Assembly (NCBI GenBank): GCA_029838215.1
Contig: JALGVI010000081.1
Location: forward strand, 1-15,364
Source of the DNA: Candidatus Helarchaeota archaeon
GTDB taxonomy: Archaea; Asgardarchaeota; Lokiarchaeia; Helarchaeales; RDOG01
Reading direction: 5' to 3'
DNA length: 15,364 nt
Below are positions 15,145 through 15,364 of the stretch, one piece after another. The position numbers and the translations under genes were made by a program. Under the pieces are notes generated by a model. It was given only the letters and a program-made list of their open reading frames with translations. It made no database searches and was not told the DNA's origin. Numbering within the stretch: the first letter of the stretch is position 1; the number at the start of each line of letters is the position of its first letter.

Positions 15145-15364
15145 GTCAGGTTTTTTTTAAGCTTTTGATAATTATTCGACCAATTATATCGTAAATAAGA
15201 CTCTTTCTAAAGCTAGAAATAACCTAGGATTTCGATTTTGAGATGTAATCAACTAGTGCGCGAAACCCTATAAAAAGTTGGACATTGATAAAGGGGAGAA
15301 ATACGGAGATGACACGCGGGTTCAAGTACGGCGAGTTCTAACACGTTTCTCATGAGATCGGGAC

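Noticed and set aside
15300-15364. GC-richer end segment with GGTTCAA (tRNA T-loop-like) and a GGAG-ATG
   Set aside because: The flanks do not form a T-stem or cloverleaf, the ATG frame stops after 10 codons, and the window edge prevents further assessment.
1-15364. CRISPR arrays, IS/transposases, integrases, rRNA or tRNA genes
   Set aside because: I saw no regularly spaced repeats, terminal inverted repeats, recombinase motifs or structural RNA signatures.

Overview
AT-rich archaeal window. It has BRE/TATA promoters, GGAGG/GGTGA Shine-Dalgarno sites and oligo-T terminators. An Asgard-type archaeon is my inference from gene content, not something I could verify. The left half (minus strand) is a heterodisulfide-reductase operon: hdrC, hdrB, hdrA (N-module), hdrA (C-module), mvhD with a long C-terminal extension, then a large fused two-module hdrA that runs off the left edge. 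The fused hdrA is broken by a frameshift at about 1740 (probable 14-nt deletion). The ORF track missed its 579-codon downstream frame (1..1739). A ferredoxin-FrhB/FdhB-family (F420-binding) gene is divergent from the operon and converges on an Lrp/AsnC regulator. The right half has two paralogous ~90-aa proteins sharing an 8-Cys N-terminal motif, with a 95-aa orphan between them. It also has a nucleoside-phosphorylase-fold protein with an altered phosphate site, a membrane-anchored seven-repeat FG-GAP/VCBS (integrin-alpha-like propeller) protein, and a homocitrate/isopropylmalate synthase-family gene. I found no rRNA, tRNA, CRISPR array or mobile element.
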